Virus record (IMG/VR): IMGVR_UViG_3300020042_007483
Location: 1-35,276 of that record
DNA from: a virus
Taxonomy: Duplodnaviria > Caudoviricetes
Direction: 5' to 3' (one strand)
DNA length: 35,276 nucleotides
This document shows positions 1 through 8,569 of this stretch, piece by piece. Under the pieces are notes generated by a model. That model saw only the letters and a program-made list of their open reading frames with translations, was not told the DNA's origin and searched no databases. Both the position numbers and the translations under genes were made by a program. How positions within the stretch are numbered: the first letter of the stretch is position 1; each line of letters begins with the position of its first letter.

Positions 1-660
1 AGATTCCATTTCAAATTTTTGTGAGTTAGCTAAGTCTTCTAACTGTCTTTTTCTAGCGTTGTAGTTTTCAAGAGCTGACAACTGAGCTTGGGCTTTGTTT
101 AAAGATAAAGTGCCTTTAGCTGCAGTAAGAGAATTTAACTCTTGTCTGAATGAATCTCTTAGTTTCATTAGGTCTTGTTGTTTTTTAACCTCTAGTTGTT
201 GCAAGTTGTTGGATAAATTAGCTTGAATATCTCTTTCTTGTGTTCCTAATTGTTGAAATGCTTGAGCTGACTGAGCTTGAACAGAACCTAACTGTCTCAT
301 TTGCTCTGAAGCTAATATGTCAGATGAAGCCTGACCAACATTTGATCCAGCAACACCACCAAATAACTGTTGAGTTCTTTGTAGCCCTTGATCGTACTGT
401 CTTCTAGCTGAAGATAAAGCACTCTCTCTTTGCATTCCTGTTTGTTCTTTTTGTAGTCCAATGTTTTCCATTCCAAATTGAGCCTGTTGTTGCAGTATTG
501 GTCTTTGGCTTTCGTAACCTTGGATAATTGATTGTTCGTATTGTGGTTGAAGTTGGGATAACTGAGCTGCTTGAGTATCGTAAATATTCCTAGCATCTTT
601 GTAACTCTTATCGAGTTGTTTTTGAATTGTCTTTAAATTCTTTTCTTCGTTAACGGCCAT
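1..660 (-). CDS. Gln-rich coiled-coil protein, runs off the window edge (>=220 aa); possible internal virion/ejection protein
   Basis: Not in the ORF track. ATG at 660-658 and an open frame to base 1: MAVNEEKNLKTIQKQLDKSYKDARNIYDTQAAQLSQLQPQYEQSIIQGYESQRPILQQQAQ...KRQLEDLANSQKFEMES. Function is inferred from composition only. Confidence 0.8.
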   Translation of the reverse strand, partial: MAVNEEKNLKTIQKQLDKSYKDARNIYDTQAAQLSQLQPQYEQSIIQGYESQRPILQQQAQFGMENIGLQKEQTGMQRESALSSARRQYDQGLQRTQQLFGGVAGSNVGQASSDILASEQMRQLGSVQAQSAQAFQQLGTQERDIQANLSNNLQQLEVKKQQDLMKLRDSFRQELNSLTAAKGTLSLNKAQAQLSALENYNARKRQLEDLANSQKFEMES

Positions 661-678
661 AAATAATAAATAATAAAA

Positions 679-939
679 TTATTCTTCTTTTTCAACAACC
701 TCTTTGCTTTTTTCTTTTAATTTATCGTTTTCTTGTTTTTGTTCTTTAGCAAGTCTATTCATTTCCTCAACAGGGAATGGACTTTGAGGGTTATCAAAGA
801 ACCCGAGTCCACATCTTTTACAGATGATTCTTGTAACAGATATTCTGGTAAATCTATGGTCACAAAAGTTAGGGTCAATATTAGTTGTATGTTCATAAAA
901 CTCTAATGGTTCTTTAGAGTCCGTATTCTTGGGGTTCAT
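679..939 (-). CDS. Small hypothetical protein with a putative zinc ribbon and charged tail
   Basis: C-D-H...C-K-R-C-G motif and a Lys/Glu-rich C-terminus; tightly packed with its neighbours. Confidence 0.65.
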   Translation of the reverse strand: MNPKNTDSKEPLEFYEHTTNIDPNFCDHRFTRISVTRIICKRCGLGFFDNPQSPFPVEEMNRLAKEQKQENDKLKEKSKEVVEKEE

Positions 940-1240
940 TTTGTTTTTTTGTAAGTCTAATAACTTCTGATTCTTGCCTAGACATAAACTCGTGAATCTT
1001 GTTTAAAGTTTCAGTAGAGCCAAAAGCCTTAGAGTAGGCGATCATTAGTTCTTCAAACTTGGGGTAGTCCGTTGGATTGGGATACTTGGGAAGTGTTAAT
1101 AGGTACGCCTGAAAGATCCCCCATCCCTTGCTGTGATAAAGGTCCAGAAGACATCTGGCTTCCTCCAAAGCTGCCGAGTCCTGAGGCGTTATTTGAGGCC
1201 CCTCCTGGTGTCTGTCCAGGCTGTCCAGGTATCGGTCCAT
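914..1240 (-). CDS. Hypothetical phage protein resembling the small helical proteins that follow portal genes
   Basis: LLDLYHSKGWGIFQAYL helix with a GW motif; AAGGAAG upstream of the ATG; overlaps the 3' end of the 1053..1607 ORF. Confidence 0.55.
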   Translation of the reverse strand: MDRYLDSLDRHQEGPQITPQDSAALEEARCLLDLYHSKGWGIFQAYLLTLPKYPNPTDYPKFEELMIAYSKAFGSTETLNKIHEFMSRQESEVIRLTKKQNEPQEYGL

Positions 1241-1607
1241 TTATTGGGCTTCCTTGATTAAATAATTTAGCAGCATTCTTAACTCCATTGTCTTCAAGTA
1301 CATTAACTAATAAGTCTTTCACATTAATTGTAGCACCTTCCATTTGCAACTGTTGTTGTACTCCAGGTGATAATAGGATGTATAGAGCTTGGTTTCTACC
1401 ATTGATTGCTTCTTCAGATACTCCAATAGCCATTGATTTGACATCAGGAATATAATCATAAGAACCATACAAATCTTCTTTTTCAATAAAGAGTCTGGCT
1501 AAAGAACCATCTTCACTCATATCAAGTTTTGGTACAACATTTCCGTTCTCATCTAAAAAATATTTTATTGGCCCCACTCTACCGGCGAATATTCTTTTCT
1601 TAGCCAT
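1053..1607 (-). CDS. Probable chimeric ORF: T4-like gene start fused to a P22-type portal-like C-terminal region
   Basis: The start overlaps the gp51 stop (AATGGCTAA), like other gene junctions in the T4-like part. The body (IEKEDLYGSYDYIPDV...INVKDLLVNVLEDNGVKNAAKLF plus a P/G/Q tail) resembles portal C-termini. Confidence 0.45.
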   Translation of the reverse strand: MAKKRIFAGRVGPIKYFLDENGNVVPKLDMSEDGSLARLFIEKEDLYGSYDYIPDVKSMAIGVSEEAINGRNQALYILLSPGVQQQLQMEGATINVKDLLVNVLEDNGVKNAAKLFNQGSPINGPIPGQPGQTPGGASNNASGLGSFGGSQMSSGPLSQQGMGDLSGVPINTSQVSQSNGLPQV

Positions 1608-1773
1608 TTTTTCTTTGTTCTTCTACTTGTTTTAGATGTTGCATCAATAGATCCACAAACAGATCCCGTTCATAAGGATACATATCATTTAAATCAGACA
1701 TACTGTATTTATGGTGTTGCATCAAAGAGAACATAGTATTATAGTAGACCGCGATATTAGAATACCCGGTCAT
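1600..1773 (-). CDS. gp51: Baseplate hub assembly catalyst, gp51-like (57 aa)
   Basis: Not in the ORF track. MTGYSNIAVYYNTMFSLMQHHKYSMSDLNDMYPYERDLFVDLLMQHLKQVEEQRKNG carries the YYxTxFxLMQHHKYS...PxER signature. TGATG coupling to gp26. Confidence 0.9.
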   Translation of the reverse strand: MTGYSNIAVYYNTMFSLMQHHKYSMSDLNDMYPYERDLFVDLLMQHLKQVEEQRKNG

Positions 1774-2468
1774 CACGTAAAAAAACTATTGAGACCCTTC
1801 AGAACAACATCAGTCGATTTGCCAGCTTTATTCTTTAATGTCACCGTATGTTCTAGAGACGGCATCGTATCAAAGAATTCTTTGATCTTGTTCATGCTAT
1901 CCATAGGTAGGCTGTTAACGAATTCTTCGAGATCTTTTTCTGTAAAATCAGTGTATACTGTCTCGCTGTCATAGATCTTATCGATACACTTGAACAACAT
2001 ATCAAACACAGCATCTTCTTGGTTGGACGCATCATCGAGCAATCTGACTTCATCTAGAGTCGGATATCTCATCGCCAATCCTACATCATCATGTATGATG
2101 AATTTGCTCTTATGCTCTGGGTTATTTTTGATCTCGATGTTGTCTAGATTAACTTTGAACTTGATGACTTCTTCGGTGTCAGGATCTTTGTATTCGAGAT
2201 CCACGACTTCACCTATCGATTTTGAACGAAGCTTAACGAACAGATATTCAACATCAAATGTTGCTAGCTTATCTACATCTACTGCTTCGATGATACAATT
2301 TTGAATGATCTGCTTGACTGCGGCGATAACATCTTCAGTCTTCTCTGAAGATTTTGCCATCAGAAGGATCTTTTCTTCTTGCACGGTGAATGGTTTGATA
2401 TTAATGCTCTGCTGAGTAGAAGGTATTGTCACAGAGTATGTTGGGTGTTTGAGCTTAGGTAATGCCAT
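1773..2468 (-). CDS. gp26: Baseplate hub assembly protein, gp26-like
   Basis: MALPKL..PTY...PS...KPFTVQEEKILLMA, DVEYLFVKLRSKSIGE, MRYP, FFDTMP and GLNSFF motifs. Confidence 0.92.
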   Translation of the reverse strand: MALPKLKHPTYSVTIPSTQQSINIKPFTVQEEKILLMAKSSEKTEDVIAAVKQIIQNCIIEAVDVDKLATFDVEYLFVKLRSKSIGEVVDLEYKDPDTEEVIKFKVNLDNIEIKNNPEHKSKFIIHDDVGLAMRYPTLDEVRLLDDASNQEDAVFDMLFKCIDKIYDSETVYTDFTEKDLEEFVNSLPMDSMNKIKEFFDTMPSLEHTVTLKNKAGKSTDVVLKGLNSFFT

Positions 2469-2486
2469 AATATAGGTATCCTTATG

Positions 2487-3248
2487 TTAAAAATTAATGC
2501 CGTCACGGATACGGCTGCCTTTATAGATCAATTTTTCTGTTATCTTATTCAACTGTTCATCGATATAATTGCTTGTAGAAGTCAGCGCAGTTGTTCTAGT
2601 CAGTGAATTTCTATCGGCAACACCTTGATCTAATGTGGTTGATGTCCAGTTAGTATATGCAAAAGTCACCGGAATTTTTAAGATCTGATCTTGCATGTTC
2701 CAATCGACCTGGATGTCTCCGATTGATATAGGATATGCTTCGAGCAATTGATATTTTACAATCGTGTTATCTGCTTGTTTTGTAGTGTTTATCTCATTCA
2801 TATGGATGATCTCTACAATACCGTAATATTCGCTAGGATATTGGAAAGAATTCAATGGCAACCCTTTGACTGTCCCGTTAGGATTTGCTGCATCATTGAA
2901 GGAAAATACTGATTGCATCCATGCATGAAAATATTTAAATACTGATCCGTCTGCATCGCTATAGAATGTCAAAGGGACATCTTGAAATATCGTAGCATAC
3001 GGACGCTTCTCGACGTTGCCGTAGCCAGACATCCTGAACTCATCTGTCTGGTATCCCAGGCCCGGAAGAACAGCGCTGTCACAAAGGAATGAGAGATTTT
3101 GTGCCCCTCCTACTACTGCAGGACCTCTGTCAGCTCGTCCGACATTAGCATTTGTTGACCTTGTGATAGTGACCATGAACTTGGATGCCTTGGACAATCC
3201 GCCTACTGAATTAACTGCAGAAAGCATTTCATTGATACTAAACGCCAT
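2487..3248 (-). CDS. Tail-tube-fold protein (gp54 tail tube initiator / gp19 paralogue)
   Basis: CDSAVLPG, KRPY, LTFY, FHAWM, YPSEY, LLEAYPISIGDIQVDW and VTFAY motifs; syntenic with gp2 and gp26. Confidence 0.8.
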   Translation of the reverse strand: MAFSINEMLSAVNSVGGLSKASKFMVTITRSTNANVGRADRGPAVVGGAQNLSFLCDSAVLPGLGYQTDEFRMSGYGNVEKRPYATIFQDVPLTFYSDADGSVFKYFHAWMQSVFSFNDAANPNGTVKGLPLNSFQYPSEYYGIVEIIHMNEINTTKQADNTIVKYQLLEAYPISIGDIQVDWNMQDQILKIPVTFAYTNWTSTTLDQGVADRNSLTRTTALTSTSNYIDEQLNKITEKLIYKGSRIRDGINF

Positions 3249-3843
3249 TTATGATATCTTTCGATTCTTTATAAACATAATTCTTAGATTTCTTTGCGAA
3301 TCTCTCTAGCGGCAAGAACATAGCAATGTCCCATTCATTAGCGGGTATCTGTAAAAATCTACTCCTGACATGGCTGTGCAAATATCGTTTCACACACGGT
3401 TTGAAATATTTATAACGTGAAGCAGCATTTAATAGCTTATACGAAGCTCTTATCTTTGATGTCTCGTTGTATTTTTCATTATTTAACAGATCATAGAGAT
3501 AATCCAGCAATCTCGCCCTGTATACGTGAGGGAGGTAATGCAGGTTCATCGCAAGGAAGCTGTCACCCTGATCTTCGAAAGGAAATATCAGAGGAAACCT
3601 GTCATAGTAAGGGAGGTCTTCTTTATGTTTAGGATCGTATTGAAACAGGTACATGAATCCCGGACGAACGAAGTTCTTGTTGTATTGTGGATTCCTGCTG
3701 ACCAACGTCTCTACTCTTACAGATCGAACTTCTCTTGCTTTGTCTCGGAACCAATCCCTGACGTTAGGAGCTCCTGGTTTGAGTGCAGAACCGGGTCCTA
3801 AGCTAGATTTACCTTGTTCAAGAATCTTCGTAAAAATAGGCAT
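3238..3843 (-). CDS. gp2: DNA end protector protein
   Basis: PGFMYLFQYDPKHKEDLPYYDRFPLIF, NLHYL, PCVKRYL and EWDIAMFLP motifs. Confidence 0.93.
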   Translation of the reverse strand: MPIFTKILEQGKSSLGPGSALKPGAPNVRDWFRDKAREVRSVRVETLVSRNPQYNKNFVRPGFMYLFQYDPKHKEDLPYYDRFPLIFPFEDQGDSFLAMNLHYLPHVYRARLLDYLYDLLNNEKYNETSKIRASYKLLNAASRYKYFKPCVKRYLHSHVRSRFLQIPANEWDIAMFLPLERFAKKSKNYVYKESKDIINGV

Positions 3844-4286
3844 TATCTCTTATCCAATCCTAGATCTTTTTCTGTTAATATCTTAAACTGCCATTTCCTA
3901 TCTAGACAGAACTGTTCAGCAGCTTTCCATTTAGCACTATTGACACCATAAGTAGTCACTTCATTGATATATCTTCTAGTTATCTTCTGTTGCTTGACCG
4001 GTTCTTTGCACTGAGCATGGGGTTTAATCTCTATTATCATCGTATTTATCACGCCGCCTTTGGCAGCTGTCTTTACCCAGAAATCAGGAAAATACCTATG
4101 GATCTTGTTGTCCATAGGGCTAACATAGGGGATAATTATCTCTTCTGATGACCATTGGATTACACCCGGATGAGAATCAAGATGTCTCATGAACCTCAAT
4201 TCCCACAAGCTCCTATAAACGATGTTTGTAGGATTTCCTTTATATTTTTCAGGAAACTTGGGTCTAAATTTACCTTTATACGACAT
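3843..4286 (-). CDS. gp4: Head completion nuclease (TnsA-like PD-(D/E)xK fold)
   Basis: YKGKFRP..PEKYKGNP..IVYRSLWE, WSSEE, HRYFPDF, IEIKP, NSAKWKAA and FKILTEKDL motifs. Confidence 0.95.
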   Translation of the reverse strand: MSYKGKFRPKFPEKYKGNPTNIVYRSLWELRFMRHLDSHPGVIQWSSEEIIIPYVSPMDNKIHRYFPDFWVKTAAKGGVINTMIIEIKPHAQCKEPVKQQKITRRYINEVTTYGVNSAKWKAAEQFCLDRKWQFKILTEKDLGLDKR

Positions 4287-4299
4287 GCCATATTACCAT

Positions 4300-4307
4300 T
4301 ATAAATA
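4300..4307 (+). promoter_or_regulatory. T4-type late promoter for the rightward gp48 operon
   Basis: Exact TATAAATA in the gp4/gp48 intergenic gap, with an AGGAG Shine-Dalgarno at 4322-4326. Confidence 0.85.
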
Positions 4308-4314
4308 TACGATA

Positions 4315-4322
4315 TATTTATA
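4315..4322 (-). promoter_or_regulatory. T4-type late promoter for the leftward gp4-gp2 operon
   Basis: TATTTATA on the + strand, i.e. exact TATAAATA on the - strand, 28 nt upstream of the gp4 ATG. Confidence 0.85.
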
Positions 4323-4338
4323 GGAGTTTATATCGAGC

Positions 4339-5187
4339 ATGTCTGTCGTCACTCAATTTGCATTTCCTCAAGAAGTGCCAGAATTCTATACCAGGATGTC
4401 GTTGAGAAAGTATGAAAGGCCAAAGCCCGGATCTACTTTGACACCTACGTTTCGAACATATATACGATTGCCCATTCCTCAGCAATTGATAGATTCTTTT
4501 AATATATCTGTCAGCGGAAATAACATGGATTTGTTAGGAAATTTTCAGGAATCCGCACAGATGCAGGCTGCTGGTATAACATTGGCTGATAAATTTAACG
4601 CTGAAACACAAGGTTCAAATGCAGCAGGCTCAATCATGAGCATGGTTGGCATGGTTGCAGCTCTGACGCCGGGCATATCAGATAGCAATCTCGCGAGATT
4701 TTCACAATCACAGCTGGGTGTGGTACGAAATCCTCACTTGACGACTATATTCGAAGGTGTCGCATTAAAGACATATCAATTCGAATGGAGACTCTCTCCT
4801 AAATCAGAAAAAGAAGCACTAATGATGAATAGGATGATAGATTACATCAAAGCATTCATGCATCCAGAAATAGTAGGAGGTGGGTTTGCCTTAGATTATC
4901 CGTATCTTGCTACTGTTGAATTTGTGACGGGATCTAGCAGTGCTAACCTACCTAATGTATCAGATTCATTCATAACAGGTCTATCTATCAATAGCATGGG
5001 TGGAGGAACACCTGCATTCTATAGAGATGGAAATCCAGTCATCATAGAAATCCAGATGTCTTTTCAAGAGATCGATATCAAGACAAGAGGAAATTTTGCC
5101 GCCGGAAAGACAGGAAATCCTTCTCGACCTCTTGATATAACAACAGGACTGCCTCCGGTAAGTTACTCGGGCCCGGGTTCATCGTGA
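4339..5187 (+). CDS. gp48: Baseplate tail tube cap, gp48-like
   Basis: IRLPIP, NPHLTTIFEGVALKTYQFEWRLSPKSEKEA, YP and G.PV.IEIQMSFQEI motifs; position before gp53. Confidence 0.85.
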   Translation: MSVVTQFAFPQEVPEFYTRMSLRKYERPKPGSTLTPTFRTYIRLPIPQQLIDSFNISVSGNNMDLLGNFQESAQMQAAGITLADKFNAETQGSNAAGSIMSMVGMVAALTPGISDSNLARFSQSQLGVVRNPHLTTIFEGVALKTYQFEWRLSPKSEKEALMMNRMIDYIKAFMHPEIVGGGFALDYPYLATVEFVTGSSSANLPNVSDSFITGLSINSMGGGTPAFYRDGNPVIIEIQMSFQEIDIKTRGNFAAGKTGNPSRPLDITTGLPPVSYSGPGSS

Positions 5188-5219
5188 GACCTTTACGAAT
5201 TTTAAAACAGAGAGCTTAA

Positions 5220-5783
5220 ATGTCATTAGCTAATTATTATCCTTTTGTAACTTATAATAATTTAAAAGCGATCAATCTGCTCGTAGAGGCAGAAGTCGTT
5301 AAAAGATACCTGGAAGATTATAGATTATTCTATACATACATCATAAAGAATGGCGAACGTCCGGATACGCTTGCCTATGATGCATACGGAGATTCCACTC
5401 TTGATTGGGTGATATTCCTCACGAACGGAATCATTGATCCTTATAAGGATTGGATATTAGATGAAAAACAATTGATATCATATCTAGAGAAAAAATATAA
5501 TACTGCAGTAGAAAAATTGACGACTACTACTATAGCAAGTTCTATCGCATATTACTATTACAAAGGGATCGCCAGTGATAGCCCGGAGACAATCGCTTCA
5601 TATAATTATAACATGACACCAGCGACTTATTCTAAGCTAGGCAGTCCTGCAGGTTGGATCGCTAAGAGCGTATGGGATTATGAGAATGAGATCAATGAAT
5701 CTAAGAGAGAAATCAAGCTGATGCGGAACGAATTCGTTTCGGATTTCAAACAACAAGTAAAAGATATATTTAATAATGGCTAA
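5220..5783 (+). CDS. gp53: Baseplate wedge subunit gp53 (LysM-like)
   Basis: YIIKNGERPDTLAYDAYGDSTLDWVIFLTNGIIDPYKDW and YENEINESKREIKL. Confidence 0.92.
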   Translation: MSLANYYPFVTYNNLKAINLLVEAEVVKRYLEDYRLFYTYIIKNGERPDTLAYDAYGDSTLDWVIFLTNGIIDPYKDWILDEKQLISYLEKKYNTAVEKLTTTTIASSIAYYYYKGIASDSPETIASYNYNMTPATYSKLGSPAGWIAKSVWDYENEINESKREIKLMRNEFVSDFKQQVKDIFNNG

Positions 5784-7218
5784 TCTCAATCCTTTAAATA
5801 TAACAGTATCCGATATTGAAATAGAAAAATTCAATAAAAGGGATAAGATGAGTCTGCTGCCTCAGTTCATGGAATTGACCATATATCAATCTATGTTTGA
5901 GCCTACTATAAAAGGCGAGATGCTTATCAATGATCCTATCGGACTGTTCGTCAATTATCCTTTCACGGGTGAAGAGCTAATAATAGTGACATATGATCAG
6001 GTCAACACTGGTAGCAGCGATACATCCGCCTCCGCGGGAAGCTATTTTCAAGACGTTAGCCCAAATAAGACCAACCAATTAAAATTTATTATCAAAGGTG
6101 TCCGTGATATCATCATCGGCGATAGAGCAAGATCACTGATGTATATCATAGATCTTGCAAGCCCTCAACTGCTTCAGAACATGAGAAAATACGTATCTCA
6201 TGCTTTTAATGATCTAGTCGAAGACATGGCAGAGAAAGTATATGATGAGTATATCGCAGATGAGACGACCAAACAATATAAAATACCTAGGAAACCTTTT
6301 GTCAAGGAGACATCAGTCAAGGTACGTAATATGGTTGTTCCCAACATAAGGCCTTTCCATGCTATAAGTTGGCTAGCAAAACATGCTGTCGCAAAAGAAA
6401 ACGATAGGCATTTCCTATATCTATTCTTCGAAGATCTAAAGCAATTTAACTTCATCACGATGCAGCAGATCATAGAAGATGCTTTAAAGATAAAAGACAC
6501 GTTGAAGAAAAACAAATATAGGTATATCTCAGATATTGCTAGCTTATCTAAATCAGTGACAGGAGATTCTAATCAAGATCTCCGCGTCATCACTAACATC
6601 GTAAATAATAAGAGGTTCTCTTCTTTAGAAAAGATACCGGGAGGATACTATCAGAATGAATTGTTCGAGATCAATATGTTACAGAAAGCATATGCAAGCA
6701 CTCCTACAGAATTAAATGAATCTAACTTATATGATGCTAACATTCCTACATTAGCACCTTCTACTTTAAACACTCCTGATTACATCAAGTATGTAAAGAA
6801 TGAGAAGATAGAAAAAGAATACTCAAACCGGGTCCGTTATATAATAAACAATTTTCCTGATGCTGATGGTCAAGGTATGGATCAACCTACCTATAGACGT
6901 AAGTTTGGAAATGTGACTAAATACATGAATGCTATGAACCAGATCGATCTGACAATCACCGTTCCAGCAAACATGGATCTAAGAGCAGGTCAAGTGATAT
7001 ACTGTGACATACCAGAAAATCACGGATTCAATACCGTTGAAATAGATAAGTATATATCCGGGTTATTCATCATATCAGAAGTCAAACAAGTGATAATGCA
7101 GGGTAGTTTGGCTGCGACAACTTTACGAATATATAAAGATGGATATCTCAATAGTCTTTTCGAGTCATCATTATACAATTCTACAGGCAGAGGTACAGGA
7201 TTGCAGGGTCCAGTTTAA
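5776..7218 (+). CDS. Baseplate hub protein, gp27-like
   Basis: IYQSMF..TIKG, FTGEE, PNIRPF.AISWL, YLFFED, VPANMDLRAGQVI and SGLFIISEVK motifs; located between gp53 and gp5. Confidence 0.75.
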   Translation: MANLNPLNITVSDIEIEKFNKRDKMSLLPQFMELTIYQSMFEPTIKGEMLINDPIGLFVNYPFTGEELIIVTYDQVNTGSSDTSASAGSYFQDVSPNKTNQLKFIIKGVRDIIIGDRARSLMYIIDLASPQLLQNMRKYVSHAFNDLVEDMAEKVYDEYIADETTKQYKIPRKPFVKETSVKVRNMVVPNIRPFHAISWLAKHAVAKENDRHFLYLFFEDLKQFNFITMQQIIEDALKIKDTLKKNKYRYISDIASLSKSVTGDSNQDLRVITNIVNNKRFSSLEKIPGGYYQNELFEINMLQKAYASTPTELNESNLYDANIPTLAPSTLNTPDYIKYVKNEKIEKEYSNRVRYIINNFPDADGQGMDQPTYRRKFGNVTKYMNAMNQIDLTITVPANMDLRAGQVIYCDIPENHGFNTVEIDKYISGLFIISEVKQVIMQGSLAATTLRIYKDGYLNSLFESSLYNSTGRGTGLQGPV

Positions 7219-8189
7219 TGATCAATGACGATTTTTATGGCGACAGATTTAGGTGGTTTACAGGTGTCGTGAAAGATGTCGGTTTCGATGGCCGCGTGAG
7301 AGTTAGGATATTCGGGATCCATCATACAGAAGATATTGTCAGAGTCTCTGACGGAGATCTTCCCTGGGCTATTGTATTGTTTCCCACTACTGGCGGACAG
7401 ACATCTGGGGGCAATGCTAATCATGGCCTAGTGAACGGCACTTGGGTAGCGGGATTCTTTGCTGATGGTGAAGATTCTCAACAACCGATCATCATGGGAG
7501 TAATCAATGGAGGTCAAGGTTCTGTAAATAATTCTCCTGGGGGACAAGCACCTCCAACAAAAAATTCTGATAGCGGTTTACTTATTACGCCAGATACAGG
7601 TGGGACTCCTACAGATACGACACAGACGCCATCTACGACTCAACTCACAGGTTCAGGCAATCCTCAGAAGGTATACAATTTCTTCTGGGAAAAGATCAAA
7701 GCAAGCGGAGCAGTCGGCGAAGGGGCATCTTTAAAAGCTATATGTGCTGGTATAGTCGGAAACCTCCAAGGTGAGTCTGGGCCTAGCATAGATCCTACAG
7801 CTTCTAATGGCAACACTATCGGAATAGCTCAATGGTTGGGTCCTAGAAAAGCAGAATTAGCTAGACAATGTGGATTGACAAGCATAGGAAAAAGCAATGC
7901 TCCATCTTTAGAAAAACAATTAGATTATCTTTGGTGGGAACTCACTGAAGGAGATGAGAGAGTACATTTTAAAAAATTATTAACATCTCAAAATATCGAA
8001 GATGCAACTGCTAATGCTATAATGTTCGAACGAGATGAATCTACTATCGTCCCGGGAACAGGGACTTCTAAACAAAATCCTCCTAAATCATTAGGATATT
8101 CTGATAGGAGTCACCCTGTATATAAAAACAAGTTAGCATTTGCTATGAAAGCATATTCTTCGCTCTCATATACTGGAGGTGTGTCATGA
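7218..8189 (+). CDS. gp5 N-terminal part: OB-fold plus phage tail lysozyme (Phage_lysozyme2-type)
   Basis: WFTGVV...GRVRVRIFGIH...DLPWA...GTWVAGFFADGEDSQQPIIMG (gp5 OB-fold); T/P-rich linker; AGIVGNLQGESG...GIAQW...QLDYLWWEL...FER (lysozyme). Confidence 0.88.
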   Translation: MINDDFYGDRFRWFTGVVKDVGFDGRVRVRIFGIHHTEDIVRVSDGDLPWAIVLFPTTGGQTSGGNANHGLVNGTWVAGFFADGEDSQQPIIMGVINGGQGSVNNSPGGQAPPTKNSDSGLLITPDTGGTPTDTTQTPSTTQLTGSGNPQKVYNFFWEKIKASGAVGEGASLKAICAGIVGNLQGESGPSIDPTASNGNTIGIAQWLGPRKAELARQCGLTSIGKSNAPSLEKQLDYLWWELTEGDERVHFKKLLTSQNIEDATANAIMFERDESTIVPGTGTSKQNPPKSLGYSDRSHPVYKNKLAFAMKAYSSLSYTGGVS

Positions 8190-8566
8190 AGAACGTGTCT
8201 CCTGAAGCATTATCATATTGTAAGAATTTCTTTTTCACTTTTTCTAATACTCGTAGGAATGAATCTGTGAATCTAAACGATTATGCTAGCGCAACATTCA
8301 TCATAGATGTCGATGGTAGGATATATCAAGGTGCAGAAGCTAAAGAAGATGCGGCATCAGTCATTCTCATCGGCGGGACAAAGAAATTCATAAATGAGAA
8401 AGCTTTGACTGTACCTTCATATTACTACGTCACGCAGCAACAGAAGATCACTCTATATAAAGCGATGAAGTTGCTTTCTACATTCACTCATTCTGCACAG
8501 ATACAGAGTGATAACGAACAATTACAGAGATCTATTTCAGCTCTATACTTAAATTTTTGTGGGTAA
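8186..8566 (+). CDS. Degenerate T7-lysozyme/Amidase_2-fold protein lacking the Zn ligands
   Basis: FIIDVDGRIYQG, SVILIGG and VTQQQKITL match T7 lysozyme HFIIKRDGTVEAG, GVCLVGG and FTPAQMQSL. ATGA coupling to the upstream gene. Confidence 0.65.
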   Translation: MKNVSPEALSYCKNFFFTFSNTRRNESVNLNDYASATFIIDVDGRIYQGAEAKEDAASVILIGGTKKFINEKALTVPSYYYVTQQQKITLYKAMKLLSTFTHSAQIQSDNEQLQRSISALYLNFCG

Positions 8567-8569
8567 CAT

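Noticed and set aside
312-596. 94 aa minus-strand ORF from the track
   Set aside because: It is an out-of-frame shadow inside the longer 1..660 reading frame.
1706-1713. CATAAATA late-promoter-like box on the minus strand inside gp51
   Set aside because: It is explained by the conserved His-Lys-Tyr codons and cannot be supported as a promoter from sequence alone.
3843-4286. TnsA transposase or mobile element
   Set aside because: The TnsA-like fold is expected for gp4, the gene is in its normal position beside gp2, and no element ends are visible.
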